The position numbers and the translations under genes were made by a program. From a virus, in IMG/VR virus record IMGVR_UViG_3300048672_001165, positions 1 to 64,000 of that record: a stretch of 64,000 nucleotides of DNA; one strand, written 5' to 3'. The stretch's first letter is position 1, and each line of letters begins with the position of its first letter. This document shows, one piece after another, positions 61,331 through 64,000 of the stretch. The notes below the pieces were generated by a model. It was not told the DNA's origin, did no database searches, and saw nothing but the letters and a program-made list of their open reading frames with translations.

Positions 61331-62058
61331 ACAACCCCTCTCAACTCTACATTGATATCCAAGCCCTACTCGATACCCGTCTGGGGTGTCTCATGGGGCT
61401 ACACGAAGAGTTTGCTCTTTTCGTCACCAAACGAAAAGACTACTACACCAGAGAAATCGACTGCTTTACTCACCCTGAGATGGGCGAGCTAAGTCGAGAA
61501 CTCTTTGAAGAAACTCTTTCTAAACAAGGCCCTTCTGTTCTTGACCACAGTCCTATGACCTGTATGGTCGAATGGGTGAGGAAATGGCTAGAATACTTTG
61601 TCGTACAAGAAGTTAACTCCCCTATTAAAGGTGGGGTCAATATCACGATCAATACCTTTCCTTTTGAGCTAGACTCAGAAGAACGAATTGAACTAATAGA
61701 AACTTTAAAAGTTTATTGGGGCCCTATTTTCCCCATGTCGGTTATTTGTGTTGACCCACAGAAAATAAGCTTGATTAATGACAGCCACAGTACCTACATC
61801 TTTTACTATGCTCTGGACTGGCTCAAAGCTAACGAACAAGTCATCAACGGCGCTAGTGCGTTTAATAAAACGGTGTATCTACCTAAGATCAACTTAGTCA
61901 GAGCACTGACTAAAGAAGAACGTACACAACTCCAACAAGAAGGTATTGATCCTTTTGATTTGATCAGTGAAGCGTTTAAGATGAAGTTGAAAGTAGAGTT
62001 CTTACCGATACAGCTCTACTGCATCGACGCTCCTGAAAACCCTTCTTGTACGAAGTGA
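61327..62058 (+). CDS. Conserved hypothetical protein (243 aa)
   Basis: Overlaps the RNAP stop (ATGA); LYIDIQALLDTRLG and INTFPF.L motifs. Confidence 0.7.
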   Translation: MNNPSQLYIDIQALLDTRLGCLMGLHEEFALFVTKRKDYYTREIDCFTHPEMGELSRELFEETLSKQGPSVLDHSPMTCMVEWVRKWLEYFVVQEVNSPIKGGVNITINTFPFELDSEERIELIETLKVYWGPIFPMSVICVDPQKISLINDSHSTYIFYYALDWLKANEQVINGASAFNKTVYLPKINLVRALTKEERTQLQQEGIDPFDLISEAFKMKLKVEFLPIQLYCIDAPENPSCTK

Positions 62059-62107
62059 AGTGAGCAGCATAAAAGGCAGGCCTAAGAGCCTGCCCCATAT
62101 GCCGCAC

Positions 62108-62142
62108 TGCAATTTTTTCTAATCACATATCACTAAGATGAA
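62108..62142 (+). promoter_or_regulatory. Early promoter, TGCA-N14-CATATCAC-N5-TGAA
   Basis: Conserved spacing; near-copy of the 19717 promoter. Confidence 0.7.
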
Positions 62143-62178
62143 GTAGGGAATGTATCTCTACAACTTAGGAGTATTACC

Positions 62179-62448
62179 ATGTCTGTCCGTCAAACCCTGA
62201 GCGTCTCGACTTCGGTCGAGACGTTTTTGTTTAACTTCAGCTCGACTTCGGTCGAGCTGGTTCTGAACCAGCGCGTGGCTGGCCGCGTTCGCGCGGCCAC
62301 AGTCCGCGCTTTGTTCGCGGCCGCAGTGGCCGCCTTCTCGGCCGGCGCTGGCGCCGCCGAGGTGGATGACTATTGCGACAACGCGGTCGTCGCCGGGCTG
62401 AACTGGCAAGCGGCGATCGATGACATATTCACTGCAGCGATGCAGTGA
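62179..62448 (+). CDS. 89-aa ORF overlapping a chain of RNA hairpins (possible dual-function or non-coding RNA)
   Basis: AGGAG RBS and ATG, but the sequence consists of consecutive stem-loops including three UUCG loops. Confidence 0.5.
   Translation: MSVRQTLSVSTSVETFLFNFSSTSVELVLNQRVAGRVRAATVRALFAAAVAAFSAGAGAAEVDDYCDNAVVAGLNWQAAIDDIFTAAMQ
62202..62259 (+). repeat. Tandem C(UUCG)G hairpins, CTCGACTTCGGTCGAG x2, 36-nt period
   Basis: 9-bp stems at 62202-62223 and 62238-62259; the first is followed by TTTTTGTTT. Confidence 0.85.
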
Positions 62449-62463
62449 AGTTTCCCAGTAGTG

Positions 62464-62494
62464 AGAAAGAGGGTCAGTAGGCTCTCTTTCTTTT
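62464..62494 (+). terminator. Intrinsic terminator
   Basis: AGAAAGAGGG/CTCTCTTTCT stem plus T-tract. Confidence 0.65.
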
Positions 62495-62543
62495 GCCTGT
62501 GCTTACCAGGCTTTGTAGTAAGCAAATCAATTAGGAGTGAATT

Positions 62544-62891
62544 ATGTCTTTCTACGCTGATGTTCTTGCCGGGCGAGTTCAAATGCCCCACCCGCAGTCA
62601 TGGGACAGCGTGTTTGGGGGCTTTGACCAGATTGAGGGGGCGACTCAGGCCGCCTCGCTGGCGAAGATCCCCAGCTGCCGCTGGGGTATTCTGGCGTTCG
62701 ACGACCAGAATACCAACCCGGTCGCCATCCCCATTTTCCCCCGGCTTGGGGGAAATGGCCTGGAAGAGGCGGTTCAGGCCGCCGCTGCGGTGGCCGGCAT
62801 CTTGTACTCGACCACCCACGTGGTCGACGTGCGGCTGCGCGTGGCGGCTGTCCTGCCTGGCCTGCAAAGTCACGCCAGCTTCACCTTCTGA
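62544..62891 (+). CDS. Hypothetical protein (115 aa, GC-rich)
   Basis: AGGAG RBS. Confidence 0.65.
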   Translation: MSFYADVLAGRVQMPHPQSWDSVFGGFDQIEGATQAASLAKIPSCRWGILAFDDQNTNPVAIPIFPRLGGNGLEEAVQAAAAVAGILYSTTHVVDVRLRVAAVLPGLQSHASFTF

Positions 62892-62903
62892 AGGGGGGTT
62901 ATC

Positions 62904-63587
62904 ATGACCCCCTTCAACGAGCCGCGCGTTTACGCGGCGGGGTTGTCTACGGACGACCCCACGCAGGCCTTCGCTTATGGCGAAGGCCTCTTCGTCCGGC
63001 AGCGCAACAAGGTGGCGTTCACTACGTCCGGCAATTTCATTGCCGAGCTGGCGCAGGGGCTCTGGTACCAGATCAATGGTACCCGGGTGAAAAAGCCCGC
63101 CACGGCGGTGATTAAGCCGGACATCGCAGTCCGGGCGTTTTCGCATGACCGCTACATGGCGGTGATGTCAGAAATCGCCACGGACTGCGAAGCGGTCCAG
63201 GGGTTGCTGGAAGGACAGCCCCTGGTCCAGAACTTAGACCTAGTGCCGCGAATGGCACCGCATACGCCAGCTGCCCCGGGAGAAATCCCGGAATTTAAGC
63301 TGGTGGCATCGCCGAACAGCGGCAGCTCCTTCACGTCGGATGTAAAGTTCGACGTGAAGTTTGGCAATCTGTCTTTCCGAGACGAGACGGGCAACCGCAT
63401 CGTCGTGAACGACCTGCTTCCGTATGCGCAGGAGGCATTTCGATTTGACGTGACTATCATGAAGTTTCAGCAGCTGGCCGCCCTGGTGCGGCTGGCGCTG
63501 ACCTTTAATGAAAGTCAGACGTCTTGGAAAATCCAATGGGTCTTCGTGCCGCAAACCGGGCTGTATTACAGCCTTGAGGCGGCATAA
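62904..63587 (+). CDS. Hypothetical protein (227 aa, GC-rich)
   Basis: G-rich RBS; stop codon lies within GCGGCATAA. Confidence 0.7.
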   Translation: MTPFNEPRVYAAGLSTDDPTQAFAYGEGLFVRQRNKVAFTTSGNFIAELAQGLWYQINGTRVKKPATAVIKPDIAVRAFSHDRYMAVMSEIATDCEAVQGLLEGQPLVQNLDLVPRMAPHTPAAPGEIPEFKLVASPNSGSSFTSDVKFDVKFGNLSFRDETGNRIVVNDLLPYAQEAFRFDVTIMKFQQLAALVRLALTFNESQTSWKIQWVFVPQTGLYYSLEAA

Positions 63588-63641
63588 AGCCCAGAGGCGT
63601 ACAAAGGATTAAACCCCCTTTGTACGCCTCTTTATTTTTTC

Positions 63642-64000
63642 TCACTTTTTCTTCTGAGAGGCCATGAATGAATCATAGTTCATGGCAGGCACACCAATGG
63701 TCATTTCATCAGGTGCCATAGAGACTTCTACAGTACTCTCATCGAGTTGAGGGGCGCTGCGGGCTGCTCCGTTTTCTACGCGGCCAATCGCTTTCAAACC
63801 ACCTTGATCTAGCAAAGCAGCAATCAAACCAGCAGCTTGTGCATTGGCGTTAGCTGCTGTATCATCCACCTTCAGCTTAGCCAGTTGAATAGCAGCATGG
63901 TCCATATCGCGCAGCAAACTACCCAGCGCTCCTATTTTCTCACTGTGCATCTTGCCCAGGTCTTCACCTGCAGCAGCCACAATAGAGTTTACCAGCGCTT
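63642..64000 (-). CDS. Hypothetical protein, 5' end outside the window
   Basis: Frame stays open to the window edge; ends at a convergent terminator (63593-63640). Confidence 0.65.
   Translation of the reverse strand, partial: ALVNSIVAAAGEDLGKMHSEKIGALGSLLRDMDHAAIQLAKLKVDDTAANANAQAAGLIAALLDQGGLKAIGRVENGAARSAPQLDESTVEVSMAPDEMTIGVPAMNYDSFMASQKKK

Noticed and set aside
62202-62298. CRISPR array
   Set aside because: Only two identical 16-nt cores with a 20-nt spacer, no resemblance to repeat families I recognise, and no cas genes. Kept as a structured-RNA finding instead.
1-64000. Stop-codon reassignment, introns/inteins, tRNA genes
   Set aside because: Core genes are full length under the standard code with dense packing; no intein motifs or cloverleaf sequences noticed by eye (not computationally excluded).

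Overview
This is a 64 kb segment of a phiKZ-like (Chimalliviridae-type, nucleus-forming) jumbo phage genome, assigned from protein motifs and gene order. Core genes, in phiKZ-like order: DnaB-like helicase, major capsid protein, non-virion RNAP beta N-terminal subunit, portal, baseplate/virion proteins, RuvC, RNase H, UvsX/RecA and virion RNAP beta C-terminal subunit. The adsorption module comprises one 3242-aa fibre and three tandem ~1020-aa fibre paralogues with a chaperone. Accessory islands lie at about 10-14 kb, 19-20.5 kb, 59.4-60.5 kb and 62-63.6 kb. The strong C/G-ending codon bias of the capsid gene suggests a GC-rich host. The most interesting signals are non-coding. (1) Eight copies of a fixed-spacing early promoter, TGCA-N14-YATATHAC-N5-TG; seven are followed by a 5' leader hairpin. 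(2) A CGGCATAAAA/TTTTATGCCG motif coupled to hairpins at about 19 gene junctions. (3) An early unit at 62.14-62.5 kb that is a chain of hairpins, with two identical C(UUCG)G stem-loops 36 nt apart. There is also a five-gene tandem array of divergent orphan paralogues, a possibly head-packaged CYTH enzyme and an overlapping spanin pair. All product calls come from motif recognition and remembered synteny; no database searches were run.
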